Source: Bacteroidales bacterium
Lineage (GTDB): Bacteria; Bacteroidota; Bacteroidia; Bacteroidales; WCHB1-69
Direction of reading: 5' to 3'
Assembly (NCBI GenBank): GCA_016281255.1
Contig: JAEEIG010000170.1
Coordinates: 1-53,950, forward strand
Length of the DNA stretch: 53,950 bases
In this document: piece after piece, positions 1 to 10,705 of the stretch
Position numbering within the stretch: position 1 is the first letter of the stretch
Layout: each line of letters opens with the position of its first letter
Position numbers and translations under genes: made by a program
Notes under the pieces: generated by a model
Database searches by the model: none
The model's input: only the letters and a program-made list of their open reading frames with translations
What the model was told of the DNA's origin: nothing

Positions 1-226
1 AAGCCCCGGTTTATTTGGTCTTTCAACCCATAAGGTTTACCCCCGCCGGCATCACTGACGGCGGCGTGAGCTCTTACCTCACGTTTTCACCCTTACCCGA
101 CAAGCGGGCGGTATCCTTTCTGTTGCACTGTCTGTCACGCTCGCGCGCGCCTTCCCGTTAGGAAGTATGGTGCTCTGCGTTGCCCGGACTTTCCTCAGCC
201 TCGCGGCCGCGACAACTCGGTTTTCC
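1..226 (-). ncRNA. rnpB: RNase P RNA (class A), 5' portion; 3' end lies beyond the window start
   Basis: Reverse complement reads GAGGAAAGTCC (196-186), then AGTGCAACAGAAA, GGTAAGGGTGAAA, GGTAAGAGC and GGTAAACC, the conserved RNase P motifs in canonical order. 5' end is approximate. Confidence 0.95.
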
Positions 227-262
227 TTTTTTTTGCTGTTGGACGTTAGCTCAAAGCCGAGG

Positions 263-1390
263 TTAATTCAACATCACCGGCATAATCAGCATCAACACAT
301 CCTCGTTCTCGTCATGCTGGACCGTGGGAGATATCAAAGCGGCGCGCTGCGGCTTTGAGAACGACATCTGGATGGTGTCGGCGTCAATATTCTCGATCAT
401 CTCACGCAAGAAACGGGAATTGAAGCCGATCTCCATCGGATCGCCCTGATAGTCGCACTGGATGTTCTCGGCTCCTTTGTAGGAGTAATCCATATCCTCA
501 GCCGTCAGATTCAGACCAGTCTCGCCCAAAGAGAGACGAACCTGGAAGGTGGATTGGCTGGAGTAATTCCCCAAACGACGGATGGATTTCAGGAACTCAT
601 CACGGCCGATAACCAGCACGTTCGGATTCTCTTTCGGGATAACAGACTCATAATTGGGATATTTGCCTTCTTTCAAAGAGGAAAACAACTCGAAATTGTC
701 GAAGGCAAAACGGATATGATGCGTGTTTTCGGAATACGCAACCTGAACATTCTCAGAGCAATTCGACAGAATATTCTTGAGATGAGCGATAGGCTTCTTC
801 GGCAGGATGAGGGAGGAGAACTCCTCGGTCTTCACTTCGGTGTTGCGGTAGCGAACCAACTTGTGCGCATCTGTGGCCACAAATGTGACGCCTTCAGAAG
901 AGAGCTCGCACAGAACACCCATCATGTTGGGACGGAGCTCATCATTGCCGGTGGCGAAGATCGTCTTGCTGATAGCACGTTGCAGCACTGAAGCACGAAT
1001 GGAGAAAGTCTTGGGCTCCTCGATGGGCTTCACCGTCGGATATTCATCGCTGGGGAAACAAGGTGCGCCATATTCGCCGTTCGCGGAAGAGAACTTCAGG
1101 ATGTTGTTCTCACTGTCGATGGCGAAAACCAACGGCATGTCCGGCATCAACTTCAACGTCTCAAGCAGAATCTTGGCAGGGACCGCCACGGAGCCTTCCC
1201 CTTCCACATTGTCCAATTCAATTACGGATGTCATCGTGGACTCGAGATCCGAGGCCGTGAGTTTCAACTGGTTCCCTTCAATAGAGACTAAAAAATTGTC
1301 TAAGATGGGCATGGTGCTGTTCGTTCCCATCACGCCGCTGATGGCACTTAAATTGCGATACAACAGGTCGCTTGATACGATGAATTTCAT
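263..1390 (-). CDS. dnaN: DNA polymerase III beta sliding clamp
   Basis: 375 aa; motifs MPILDNF, LTASDLE, VATDAHKL, GKYPNYESVIP, IGFNSRFL, C-terminal LIMPV. Confidence 0.97.
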   Translation of the reverse strand: MKFIVSSDLLYRNLSAISGVMGTNSTMPILDNFLVSIEGNQLKLTASDLESTMTSVIELDNVEGEGSVAVPAKILLETLKLMPDMPLVFAIDSENNILKFSSANGEYGAPCFPSDEYPTVKPIEEPKTFSIRASVLQRAISKTIFATGNDELRPNMMGVLCELSSEGVTFVATDAHKLVRYRNTEVKTEEFSSLILPKKPIAHLKNILSNCSENVQVAYSENTHHIRFAFDNFELFSSLKEGKYPNYESVIPKENPNVLVIGRDEFLKSIRRLGNYSSQSTFQVRLSLGETGLNLTAEDMDYSYKGAENIQCDYQGDPMEIGFNSRFLREMIENIDADTIQMSFSKPQRAALISPTVQHDENEDVLMLIMPVMLN

Positions 1391-1417
1391 ATTCTATTTC
1401 TATTTTATTTCAAACTG

Positions 1418-1425
1418 CAAAGATA
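1418..1425 (-). promoter_or_regulatory. Bacteroidota sigma-A -7 box (TATCTTTG) upstream of dnaN
   Basis: Exact TAnnTTTG match 27 bp upstream of the dnaN ATG. The same box recurs upstream of recQ (7094-7101, -) and crt (19507-19514, +). Confidence 0.65.
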
Positions 1426-1447
1426 CAAAAATATGGATATGGACGGA

Positions 1448-2032
1448 TCAGGAATTTTCATTCCGCAATCTGACCATCTCCTCCAATTCGGCATACCACT
1501 CCTCGCCGTACTTGTTGATAAGCGGTTCCTTCAAAAACCGATAGACCGGCAACTTCAGGCGGTTGCCATTCTCCACCGCGGTCTTGCAAATCGACCAGTG
1601 GTCGTAGTTCAACGCGTCGTAATCCCCCACCCTGCTGACCCTGACGGGATAGAGATAACAGGAGATGGGCTTCCTGAATGGGATCTCACCTCTGCGGAAA
1701 CACTTCTCAATCGCGCATTTCGCCACGCCATCTTCAAAGAAGGCATACGCACAGGCGTCATTGCTCTCCATCAAGGGAGTATCGAAAGAGTCGCCGCCAT
1801 TGAAAACGAAAGTGCCGCCGTTATCCACCACGGCGACACCTTCTTCGGTCATATATTTTTGATACTCAGGATAATATTCCTCAAGTTCAGCCACTTCGTC
1901 GGGGGCTATTGGCGCACCGCTGTCACCCTCCACACAACAAACACCCTTGCACTGTTCCAAATCACAGCAGAAGCATTTGTCGATAAGTTCCTCTGAAACG
2001 AGGACATTTCCCACAATTAACATCGTGTCCAA
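1448..2032 (-). CDS. DUF3109-family Cys-rich protein
   Basis: FCCDLEQCKGVCCVEGDSGAP, CAIEK, KPISCYLYP and FLKEPLI..YGEEWY motifs. An alternative ATG start is at 2023. Confidence 0.85.
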   Translation of the reverse strand: MDTMLIVGNVLVSEELIDKCFCCDLEQCKGVCCVEGDSGAPIAPDEVAELEEYYPEYQKYMTEEGVAVVDNGGTFVFNGGDSFDTPLMESNDACAYAFFEDGVAKCAIEKCFRRGEIPFRKPISCYLYPVRVSRVGDYDALNYDHWSICKTAVENGNRLKLPVYRFLKEPLINKYGEEWYAELEEMVRLRNENS

Positions 2033-2035
2033 CTG

Positions 2036-3412
2036 TTAGCCAAGACGTTTGAACTGACAGGTGAAGTGACGCATCAGTTCAGCTTCCCAAGTGATTTCCA
2101 AACCGCGTTTGATGGAATCGCGACGGTCATAGACATTCTTGAGGGCAGCGGCGATCACGTCCATGTGGTTGTTCGTATAGACGCGGCGCGGGATGCACAG
2201 ACGCACGAAGTCGTTGCCGCCGAAGCGGTTCTCGCGGGTCACAGGGTCGCGGTCAGCCAGCACGTAACCGATCTCGCATGCCCGGATACCGGCTTCGAGA
2301 TAGAGCTCGCATGTCAGCGTTTGAGCCGGGAACTCCTCTTTCGGGATTTGCGTCAACACCTTGTCGGCATCCACGAAGATAGCGTGACCACCGGCAGGAC
2401 GTTGGTAAGGGATGCCGTATTCGTCGAGCTTTGCAGCAAGATAGTGAACCTGTTTGATACGGGTCTCGACCATCTCAAACTCGATGTTCTCCTTCAAACC
2501 GACAGCCAAAGCGTCCATGTCACGGCCGTTCATACCGCCGTAGGTCAGGAAGCCTTCGAACGGGATGCAGAAGAGTTTCGCACCCTCATACCAATCCTTG
2601 CGGTTGGTGGCGATGAAACCTCCCATGTTGACCAAACCGTCTTTCTTGGCACTCATGGTCATGCTGTCCGCATAGCTGAACATCTCCTTGCAAATCTCGC
2701 GCAGGGTCTTGTTTTCGTAGCCTTTTTCGCGGGTCTTGATGAAGTATGCGTTTTCGATGAAGCGGGCGCTATCGACATTGACAGGCACGCCATATTTGTG
2801 GCAGAGTTCGCAGGTTTCGCGGATATTCTGCATGCTAACCGGCTGACCACCAACGGTGTTGTTTGTCACTGTGAGGACCATAAACGGAACTTTGCCCTTG
2901 TTCTCTTGCAACACCTTCTCCAGTTTTTCCAAGCTGACATTACCTTTAAACGGCACCTCCAATTGTGTGTCGTATGCCTCGGGGACCGTCACGTCGATGG
3001 CGAAAGCCTTACGGCTCTCGATATGGCCCTTCGTGGTGTCGAAATGGGCGTTGCCGGGGACGACCATGCCGGGTTTCACCAAGTAGCTGAACAGCACGTT
3101 CTCGGCCGCACGACCTTGGTGGGTAGGAATCACATAGTCGAAACCTGTGAGTTCCGTAATCGTATCCTTCATGTGGTAGAAAGAGCGGGCACCGCCGTAG
3201 CTCTCGTCACCCATCATCATCGCGCTCCACTGGCGGTCGCTCATGGCACCTGTACCGGAATCGGTCAGAAGATCGATATAGACGTAGTCGCTCTTCAGCA
3301 TGAAAATGTTATTATGGGCTTCCAAAAGCCACTTTTCGCGTTGTTCACGTGTGGATTTTTTAATGGGTTCCACCATTTTGATTTTCCACGCTTCTGCAAA
3401 TGGTAATTCCAT
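2036..3412 (-). CDS. tnaA: Tryptophanase (PLP-dependent beta-eliminating lyase), Bacteroides type
   Basis: IDLLTDSGTGAMS, THQGRAAE, HFDTT, PLP-lysine motif SAKKD, RLCIPRRVYT. The N-terminus MELPFAEAWKIKMVEPI resembles Bacteroides TnaA. Tyrosine phenol-lyase activity is not strictly excluded. Confidence 0.88.
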   Translation of the reverse strand: MELPFAEAWKIKMVEPIKKSTREQREKWLLEAHNNIFMLKSDYVYIDLLTDSGTGAMSDRQWSAMMMGDESYGGARSFYHMKDTITELTGFDYVIPTHQGRAAENVLFSYLVKPGMVVPGNAHFDTTKGHIESRKAFAIDVTVPEAYDTQLEVPFKGNVSLEKLEKVLQENKGKVPFMVLTVTNNTVGGQPVSMQNIRETCELCHKYGVPVNVDSARFIENAYFIKTREKGYENKTLREICKEMFSYADSMTMSAKKDGLVNMGGFIATNRKDWYEGAKLFCIPFEGFLTYGGMNGRDMDALAVGLKENIEFEMVETRIKQVHYLAAKLDEYGIPYQRPAGGHAIFVDADKVLTQIPKEEFPAQTLTCELYLEAGIRACEIGYVLADRDPVTRENRFGGNDFVRLCIPRRVYTNNHMDVIAAALKNVYDRRDSIKRGLEITWEAELMRHFTCQFKRLG

Positions 3413-3473
3413 AGTATCTTTTTATTTGATTAATAATATTTATTGTTGTTATTTCTTCTTATTCGGATGTAGG

Positions 3474-4046
3474 CTAATAGGTTTCGGTCCGGGACAATGT
3501 GCCGTCTTCGTTATAGAAGCGCCACTCCCCTACCTGACGACCTTGGTCATAAACACCTGTATATCTGACGTTTCCGTTAGAGTAATAGACGGTATAACGC
3601 CCTTGCTCCTTGCCGTTTTCGTAATATCCCATCGTCTGTACCGTGCCATCCGGGTAATAGGCGTACCAGAGTCCCTCCCGGGTGGCGCCGCCGCGGTTCC
3701 CGTCAATGTACTTCTGATGGTTCTGATAGTAATGGGTCTCGTGCGCAATCTCGGAAGTCGGGTTGCCCGCACTGTCTTTTACATAATAGACCTCGATCTG
3801 CGGAGTATCATCCTCGTAACTTTTGAGCGCGACCTTCGCATAGAGCGAGTCGGCAAATTCGATCGGCGGGAAAACATGCAGGCTGTCGATAAACGACTGC
3901 TCATCAGCCACCGCCTGCCGCTTCTGGTTGCGGTTAGACACTGCAAGAAACGCGAGCGCAGCGGCCAAAGCCCCGAAAGCAAGGCAAAGCAGCACCACAT
4001 GTTTTGTGCCAAAAGACCGGTCCTTTTTCATCTCCTGTTCTGACAT
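3474..4046 (-). CDS. Membrane-anchored MORN-variant (YwqK-like) repeat protein
   Basis: N-terminal hydrophobic helix; repeats GLWYAYYPDG, GRYTVYYSNG, GEWRFYNEDG. Confidence 0.8.
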   Translation of the reverse strand: MSEQEMKKDRSFGTKHVVLLCLAFGALAAALAFLAVSNRNQKRQAVADEQSFIDSLHVFPPIEFADSLYAKVALKSYEDDTPQIEVYYVKDSAGNPTSEIAHETHYYQNHQKYIDGNRGGATREGLWYAYYPDGTVQTMGYYENGKEQGRYTVYYSNGNVRYTGVYDQGRQVGEWRFYNEDGTLSRTETY

Positions 4047-4060
4047 CGCTTCTATGGTTA

Positions 4061-4804
4061 TTATTTCTTCTTTTTGAAAGATTTGTTCAACTCGTCGAGC
4101 ACCTCCTGGGTGATGTCATGTGCGGGATCCGCATACAACAGTTGCCCTCCTGTCTGGTAGGTGAAGATGTAGGAGGCGTTGTAAGAAGCATTCACCCGGT
4201 CGGCGGCGGCCATCAAGGAGTCCGCGATCTGCGACAAAGCAGCCTGGTAGCGGGCCTCCAACGACTCCACTGCCTGCGAATAGTCGTTCTGCAGCCGAAG
4301 ACTCTCTTCCTGCAGACTCTGCTGCGCATACTGCGCTTGCTGCGCGTTCAGAGAACCGGAGCTGTAGTTTTTCTCGAAATTGGAGGCTTTCTGTTCCAAC
4401 GCTTTCTGGCGGTTCTGGAACACCACGGCCTGTTTCTGTTTCTCGGCATCGATACTGTCGGTCAAGATCTTAACCAACTCATAATTGGCATTAATCGAGT
4501 CTATATTGATATAAACGACCTCGCCGTTGCCTTTTTCCGCCGGTTTCTGAACCACGGCAGCCGGCTTTTTGCCGCCCGCGAAATGCAGGATAAACAGCGC
4601 TATCACAGCAGCTGCCAGCAAACCTTCGACTATCCAGTGCACCCTTCCGCACTTATTCTCGCACGCCGGCTTGACTTCCTCTTTCTGCGGTGAATCCATC
4701 GTGTCGTGTTCCACCACAAAACCTTTCTCGTCCACCACGGTTGCTTCGTTCTCCACAACCTCATTCTTCAACTCTTCGTTCTTCTCTTCGAAATTTTCTT
4801 CCAT
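4061..4804 (-). CDS. OmpH/Skp family periplasmic chaperone with N-terminal membrane anchor
   Basis: VVYINIDSI..NY motif, Gln-rich coiled coil, LLYADPAHDITQEVLDELN C-terminus. Confidence 0.85.
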   Translation of the reverse strand: MEENFEEKNEELKNEVVENEATVVDEKGFVVEHDTMDSPQKEEVKPACENKCGRVHWIVEGLLAAAVIALFILHFAGGKKPAAVVQKPAEKGNGEVVYINIDSINANYELVKILTDSIDAEKQKQAVVFQNRQKALEQKASNFEKNYSSGSLNAQQAQYAQQSLQEESLRLQNDYSQAVESLEARYQAALSQIADSLMAAADRVNASYNASYIFTYQTGGQLLYADPAHDITQEVLDELNKSFKKKK

Positions 4805-4832
4805 TACTGATTACAAATTACTAATTAAATGA

Positions 4833-7034
4833 TTAATTTCCGACGTCCGACAGGTACTTGATTCGCATGATGCGGATCTCGTCCAGCGTGTATTCGTCCT
4901 CGCCCAACACGCGCAACGCCTCCTCCGCGGAGTCGGTGTCGGCATTGGCGAAATAGTCGATAATGTCTTCCTGATGGTACGCCTCAATCTCCTCGTCGAT
5001 GTAGTAGGAGATGTCGATCTTCGCACCAGAGGCCACGATATGCTCGATTTCAGTGAGCAGCTCGTCCATGTCCAGTCCTTTCGCGATAGCTATGTCCTCG
5101 AAGCTGATCTTGTGGTCAATCCCTTGGATGATAAAGAGTTTGTTGGCGGATTTCTTCGCGACGGTCTTCAACACAAAATCTTGCGGACGATCGATTTCAT
5201 TCTCCTCCACATACTGCTTGATCAATTCGATGAAACGACGGCCGTATTTCTGCGCCTTTCCGGGACCGACCCCCACCACGCGGGTCATCTCCTCCATGGT
5301 GATCGGGTACTGGATGCACATATCCTCCAACGACGGGTCCTGGAAAATGATGAACGGCGGCAGGTTCTCCTCCTTGGAGATGGTCTTGCGCAGGTCTTTC
5401 AACAGGCTGAACAGCACGGTGTCGAAAGCCTCCTCGACATTGCCAGCGACCGCATCCACCGCATCGTCGTCGTCCTCATCCTCCTCCGTCACCGGCTTGA
5501 TGGCCATGATCGGATAGGGATTGGTCATGTACTTCTTGCCTTTGTCGGTGATTTTAAGCAAGCCGTAGTTCTCTATATCCTTGACAATCAGATTGTCGAA
5601 AATGGAGACGCGGACCACGTTGGACCAGAATTTCGCGTCATAGTCCATGCCTTCGCCGAACTGTTTCAGTTTCTCGTGATGGAACTTCAGGATGGAGGTC
5701 GTCTTGTTACCACAGATGATATCCACAATCTGATCCTCCTTGAACTGTTGCTTAACCGCCAGGATCACCTCCAAAAGCAGCTGAATCTGCTCGGAAGCGT
5801 CCATTTTGGGCTTCGGATGGTTGCAGTTGTCGCAATTGTGGCAGTTCTCCTCCGTGTAATTCTCACCGAAATAGTGGAGCAGGTGTTTTCTGCGGCAATT
5901 GGTGGACTCCGCGTAGGATGCTGTCTCTGCGAGGAGCTGTTTCACAATTTCCTGTTCCGAAACCGACTTTTTGGCGGAGAATTTCTCCAATTTGTTCAGG
6001 TCCTTCTGGTCATAGAAAGCGATACAGAGGCCCTCGCCGTCGTCGCGTCCGGCACGCCCTGTCTCCTGGTAGTATCCCTCCAGACTCTTGGGCATGTCGT
6101 AGTGGATGACAAAACGTACATCCGGTTTGTCGATACCCATACCGAACGCGATGGTCGCCACAATGATATCCGCCTTCTCCATCAGGAAGTCGTCCTGATT
6201 CTGCACGCGGGTCTTGGAGTCCAGGCCGGCGTGATACGGCAGGGCGCGGATGCCGTTCTCCTGCAGCAGCACGGCCAATTCCTCCACTTTTTTGCGGCTC
6301 AGGCAATAGATGATACCGGATTTCCCGGGGTGGTTCTTGATGAATTTCACCACTTCCTTGTCCACATCCTTGGTCTTCTCTCGGATTTCGTAATAGAGAT
6401 TCGGGCGGTTGAAGGAGGAGATGAAGACCTCCGCCTTGTCCATGCCGAGGTTCTTCTGGATATCGCTCTGCACTTTGGGCGTAGCGGTGGCCGTCAGCGC
6501 AATCACCGGCACATCTTTACCGATCTGCTGGATGATTTTGCGGATATTACGGTATTCAGGACGGAAATCGTGGCCCCATTCCGAGATACAGTGTGCCTCA
6601 TCAATGGCATAGAAGGAGATGTTGATATCCTGGAAAAAGTTCACATTCTCCTCCTTGGTCAAGGATTCGGGGGCGACATACAACAGTTTGGTCTTGCCGG
6701 AGATAAGGTCTTTCTTCACTTCGGCAATCTCAGCCTTGTTGAGGGAGGAATTCAGGAAATGCGCGATGCCGCGGTCGGTGCCGAACGTGCGGATGGCATC
6801 TACCTGGTTCTTCATCAGCGCGATCAGCGGCGAAATCACGATAGCCGTGCCGTCGCTCATCAACGCCGGAAGCTGATAGCACATGGATTTGCCGCCGCCG
6901 GTGGGCATAATCACAAAACAGTCCTTGCCTTTCAACAAAGTCTTGATGATTTTCAGCTGGTCGCCCTTGAATGTGTCGAAGCCGAAAACCGTTTTCAAAG
7001 TTTGATGGATGGCTTTATCCGTAATTCTCTTCAT
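4833..7034 (-). CDS. recQ: ATP-dependent DNA helicase RecQ
   Basis: [40 protein letters not shown], Zn-binding CRR..CHNCDNC, RQC and HRDC domains. Confidence 0.97.
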   Translation of the reverse strand: MKRITDKAIHQTLKTVFGFDTFKGDQLKIIKTLLKGKDCFVIMPTGGGKSMCYQLPALMSDGTAIVISPLIALMKNQVDAIRTFGTDRGIAHFLNSSLNKAEIAEVKKDLISGKTKLLYVAPESLTKEENVNFFQDINISFYAIDEAHCISEWGHDFRPEYRNIRKIIQQIGKDVPVIALTATATPKVQSDIQKNLGMDKAEVFISSFNRPNLYYEIREKTKDVDKEVVKFIKNHPGKSGIIYCLSRKKVEELAVLLQENGIRALPYHAGLDSKTRVQNQDDFLMEKADIIVATIAFGMGIDKPDVRFVIHYDMPKSLEGYYQETGRAGRDDGEGLCIAFYDQKDLNKLEKFSAKKSVSEQEIVKQLLAETASYAESTNCRRKHLLHYFGENYTEENCHNCDNCNHPKPKMDASEQIQLLLEVILAVKQQFKEDQIVDIICGNKTTSILKFHHEKLKQFGEGMDYDAKFWSNVVRVSIFDNLIVKDIENYGLLKITDKGKKYMTNPYPIMAIKPVTEEDEDDDDAVDAVAGNVEEAFDTVLFSLLKDLRKTISKEENLPPFIIFQDPSLEDMCIQYPITMEEMTRVVGVGPGKAQKYGRRFIELIKQYVEENEIDRPQDFVLKTVAKKSANKLFIIQGIDHKISFEDIAIAKGLDMDELLTEIEHIVASGAKIDISYYIDEEIEAYHQEDIIDYFANADTDSAEEALRVLGEDEYTLDEIRIMRIKYLSDVGN

Positions 7035-7216
7035 ATATAACTATATAGAAATACTCTAAATATCTGTATTTTAACCAAGTTCAAATTTAAGTACAAAGAT
7101 ATAAAATATTTGATATGGTATCACGCGGAAATAATTTTTCTTGAAATTATTTTTATCAACACATGTTAATGAAAAGCGGTTGGGCACGAAAAGGGCTTCC
7201 CGCAACTGTCCGGCAT

Positions 7217-7248
7217 AAAAAAAGCGGATGTCTTCCGACACCCGCTTT
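7217..7248 (-). terminator. Intrinsic terminator of the porP-gldKLMN operon
   Basis: Minus strand AAAGCGGGTGTC-GGAA-GACATCCGC-TTTTTTT, just downstream of the gldN stop. Confidence 0.8.
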
Positions 7249-7276
7249 AGCGTAATTATGAAAAAGTCTTGTTGGA

Positions 7277-8206
7277 TTAAAACTCCCAGAGGTCGTGCTC
7301 GAAATTACGCATCTTGTCAGTAATGCGCTCGGATTCGATACGCTGGTCGCGGGAATTGGCGATGTATTCCTCAATGTCACGATCATAGACATTCGATTCC
7401 TTGTAAATCAAGCTGGAAAAATCGCGCTTCCAAGTGATGAGGTCGTCAAAGGAGAGACGGGAGGCATTGTTCTTCACATTGAACACCTCCTGCTTGGCAA
7501 GGAAAGGACGGAGTTCATTGTAATAGATGTAGCCGATACGTTTCTGGGTTTTGTTGGCGGCCACAGCCTCTTGGTCCTCCTCTTCGTCGTAAGAGTTGCT
7601 GGTAGGACGGTCGTATTCGATAATAGGTTCAATCTCAAGGATTTGAACTCTGAATGTGGAATACTGTTTGTCGAAATACCAAACCTCTTTGAGACGATAG
7701 TTGATGATCTCCTTGGGCTCGAATTGGAGGATGAGTTCCTTCGTGCCGATTTCCTCACCGTCCTCGTCGATTTCGGGGATAGTCATCACCTGGGAGACCA
7801 GGGTTTGCAACTCGTCACGTGAATAAGGGAAGGTGCACATCTCGTCGGAATAGACCGGCAAAACGCCCTCGGACTTTTCAGGGTTGCTGATGTCGATAGC
7901 ATCGAAGATTGTCTGTCCAAGGCTTCTCCACGTGCCGCGGGTCTCCGTCGGGAAATAGAGCGGATGGTTGACCTTCTCGCGCAAATCGATGATACGCCAA
8001 ATCGTCCAATAGTAGGCCACATCGGCCTGGCGGACCGGCGGATATGCGATAGGATCGTTAAAGTCACCGATATTCACCTGTTCCCAGGGCATCTCGACGG
8101 GCTTGCGAACAGGCTGCTCCATTGTGCTGCCGTCAATTTCGTCGTCCTGCGCGAACGCGAAAGAGGCGGCCAGTAACATCATTGCGAATAATGCGAACTT
8201 TTTCAT
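7277..8206 (-). CDS. gldN: T9SS ring protein GldN/PorN
   Basis: Signal peptide; YPPVRQADV, IWRIIDLREKVNHPLYFP, YRLKEVWYFDK, IYKESNVYDR, FEHDLWEF; last gene of the operon. Confidence 0.93.
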   Translation of the reverse strand: MKKFALFAMMLLAASFAFAQDDEIDGSTMEQPVRKPVEMPWEQVNIGDFNDPIAYPPVRQADVAYYWTIWRIIDLREKVNHPLYFPTETRGTWRSLGQTIFDAIDISNPEKSEGVLPVYSDEMCTFPYSRDELQTLVSQVMTIPEIDEDGEEIGTKELILQFEPKEIINYRLKEVWYFDKQYSTFRVQILEIEPIIEYDRPTSNSYDEEEDQEAVAANKTQKRIGYIYYNELRPFLAKQEVFNVKNNASRLSFDDLITWKRDFSSLIYKESNVYDRDIEEYIANSRDQRIESERITDKMRNFEHDLWEF

Positions 8207-8227
8207 AATTGTATGTTTTTATTTTTG

Positions 8228-9859
8228 TTATCTGATACGGACAGAGAATTCATCCAACGTACGGGAGCCGGCTTCGGAGCTGACCTTGATGTCGCTGAAG
8301 TAGATAACCGTGTTGGAAGAAGCCTTCTGAATGGCGGACTTGGCCTTATCGCTCAAAGAGCCACCCTGACAAACGATGGCAGGTTCCTCCATACCCTTGC
8401 TCACGATAATCACGCGGAAAGAGTTGACGGACCACTTGAGGTCATAGACAAAGTCGTCGCCCATGGTGGCACGAATGACCGGGTTGGCCAGCAACTCGGC
8501 TTTCGCACGCTTGCCACCGCGGATGTTGGCACCCAAGACTGCCTTCGGGTCCGGAACACGTTTCACACGGAACGTAGTGGTACCCAAAGTCTTGGTACTC
8601 TCACCCACTTTGGCGGCAACCGTTGCCTGAACGGTCTTGCCAATCAAAGAGGTGGGAACGTTCACGTTGAACTTGCCGGCACCTTGTGAAGAAGCGTTAC
8701 AACCGGGGAAGGAGACGCTCAGCTTGTCGGGAGCCACAGGACCTGACACAGAGACGGGGTTGGCGATACCGGCATACAGCACGTTCATCTTGTCGGCTGC
8801 AATCGTCGCGGAAGGTGTCAGCACCGTGTACTTGTCGCTGAATCCGTAGTATTTGGGTTGACCACTCGGGTCCATGATCTTGATCAAGCCTGCATATTTC
8901 TGCTCACCCGTACCGCTGGTACCGATTTTCAGTTTCACAAGGCCGTTCTCGCCTTCCAGTTTGGTGGCACCGCCGAGACCTTCAACGGTCAGGGTGTCGG
9001 CACCCATCTTGTACCAAACCTCGGGGGTTGACTTGCTGTCGAAAGCAGCCACGATAATGTCAGCCTCGTAAGCGTCTCCGGCGAACACCATCTGTGATTT
9101 CGGGATGGAACGACCCGTGACCTGGTCGAACTTGAAGTCTTCAGCACTGATAGAGGCCTTCAGGTAGGCAAGCATCATGGACTCGGCATTGCGGACCTCG
9201 CCGATCTCCTTGTTCAAAAGGGTGATGGCAGCGGCAGCGATGATATGGTCGAAGTTGTGTTCGGCCCAAGACTGCACCGCACCTTCCTTGGTGAACTTCT
9301 GATCGACATCCAGACCGATACCGGCGGAGAGACGCTCACGGTCGGAGGCCTTGGCCAATTTCAGGATGTTCTTCTTGTAGTCTCTGATCTTATCGGCAAG
9401 CTCGAAAGCGTGCTTTTTGTTAATCATATAGTCGGTGGGCTTGTCGAAGTTCTCCTTGGCCTTCATGTTGGCCACCGTCGTGGTGACCTTCTCCTTCTTG
9501 CCTTTGTCGTTCTTCACCTCAACCAGTGTGTCACCGTCAACGTAGAATATCAGATCCTGACGCATGTTCTCAATGTATTTCACCATTTGGTTGGTCTCCT
9601 TGCGGAGTGTCTGTGCATTGACGTATGCATCGTGAATCTTCGCCTCGCCCAGAATGGTCTTCTGCTGCTCGAACCAGTTGTAGTCCGAGTAGTTCTGTTG
9701 CGTGGCGTTGCGCGTAGATATAGCAAGCGTGTCATCCACAACGATGAAGGCGTTCAAAATTTCCGCAGAAACGTTCAATGCCAACATTGCGGTGTACACC
9801 AAGTACATCATCTGAATCATTTTCTGTCTCGGGGTTTCCGGACAATTTGTTGCACCCAT
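8228..9859 (-). CDS. gldM: T9SS motor subunit GldM/PorM
   Basis: PRQKMIQMMYLVYTAMLALNVSAEIL, ADKMNVLYAGIANPVSVS, FRVKRVPDP. Confidence 0.95.
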   Translation of the reverse strand: MGATNCPETPRQKMIQMMYLVYTAMLALNVSAEILNAFIVVDDTLAISTRNATQQNYSDYNWFEQQKTILGEAKIHDAYVNAQTLRKETNQMVKYIENMRQDLIFYVDGDTLVEVKNDKGKKEKVTTTVANMKAKENFDKPTDYMINKKHAFELADKIRDYKKNILKLAKASDRERLSAGIGLDVDQKFTKEGAVQSWAEHNFDHIIAAAAITLLNKEIGEVRNAESMMLAYLKASISAEDFKFDQVTGRSIPKSQMVFAGDAYEADIIVAAFDSKSTPEVWYKMGADTLTVEGLGGATKLEGENGLVKLKIGTSGTGEQKYAGLIKIMDPSGQPKYYGFSDKYTVLTPSATIAADKMNVLYAGIANPVSVSGPVAPDKLSVSFPGCNASSQGAGKFNVNVPTSLIGKTVQATVAAKVGESTKTLGTTTFRVKRVPDPKAVLGANIRGGKRAKAELLANPVIRATMGDDFVYDLKWSVNSFRVIIVSKGMEEPAIVCQGGSLSDKAKSAIQKASSNTVIYFSDIKVSSEAGSRTLDEFSVRIR

Positions 9860-9905
9860 ATCTCAATTAAATTTAGTTAGTGATTTTGGTAATGAACTAA
9901 ACGAA

Positions 9906-10652
9906 TTACTTCATAGCGGCAAGCATATTGCCGTAAACGTTACTTAATTTGGAGATATTGGTGGTTAATTTATCCAATTCGGCTTTGAAACTGTCGGTTT
10001 GAGCTAAGGACTTAGCTGTTTGTTCGTAAGCGGTAGCCAGTTGTGTGACAGCGGTGGTGGCGCGTTTCACACTCTCGTTGTAGGCTGCGGAGACACCGCC
10101 GTCCACCTCGAGGCTCTGGGCGACCTTATCATATTTCAGAGTGAGGTTACGCACAGACTCGGAAGCCTTCTGCAAATTGCTGGTGTAGTTGTCGGTAGAG
10201 ACAACAGCGTCGGAAACGCCAGCCAGTTTGTGGGCGTTGTCGCTCAAGTTGCGCATACCGGACGCAAGGCTTTCCATCAGTTCGGGACCAATCTTCGCCT
10301 CTTCCAGCATCTTGTCCAGAGCCTGGGTCGTGGAGAGCGTGTCAGTCTTCACCTGCTGTTTCTTCTCGCGACGGGACTTCTTTTCGCCCTCCTCAATCTC
10401 GATGTCGGAACCAGTGGCCAACTCGGGGTAAACCAAAGCCCAGTTGTACTCCACGTGAAGCGGCTCGAAAGCGGAGAAGAAGAAGATGACGGACTCCGTG
10501 AACATACCTGCCATAAGCATGATGTTAGCGCCCGGCCAGTGCAGAATTTTGAACAACGCACCTAAAATGACGACTGCAGCGCCCCAGCCATACAGCTTGG
10601 CCATGAAGTTCTTGTAACCTTTCGATCTGACTAATTGATCAATTTTACTCAT
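9906..10652 (-). CDS. gldL: T9SS motor subunit GldL/PorL
   Basis: YGWGAAVVILGALFKILHWPGA..TESVIFFFSAFEP; C-terminal VYGNMLAAMK. Confidence 0.95.
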   Translation of the reverse strand: MSKIDQLVRSKGYKNFMAKLYGWGAAVVILGALFKILHWPGANIMLMAGMFTESVIFFFSAFEPLHVEYNWALVYPELATGSDIEIEEGEKKSRREKKQQVKTDTLSTTQALDKMLEEAKIGPELMESLASGMRNLSDNAHKLAGVSDAVVSTDNYTSNLQKASESVRNLTLKYDKVAQSLEVDGGVSAAYNESVKRATTAVTQLATAYEQTAKSLAQTDSFKAELDKLTTNISKLSNVYGNMLAAMK

Positions 10653-10705
10653 TTTGTTTAATTTTTTAAGTTAATGATTTATTTTTATTGATTTTGATTT
10701 ATTGT

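Noticed and set aside
167-358. 63-aa plus-strand ORF
   Set aside because: Overlaps rnpB and the dnaN 3' end on the opposite strand.
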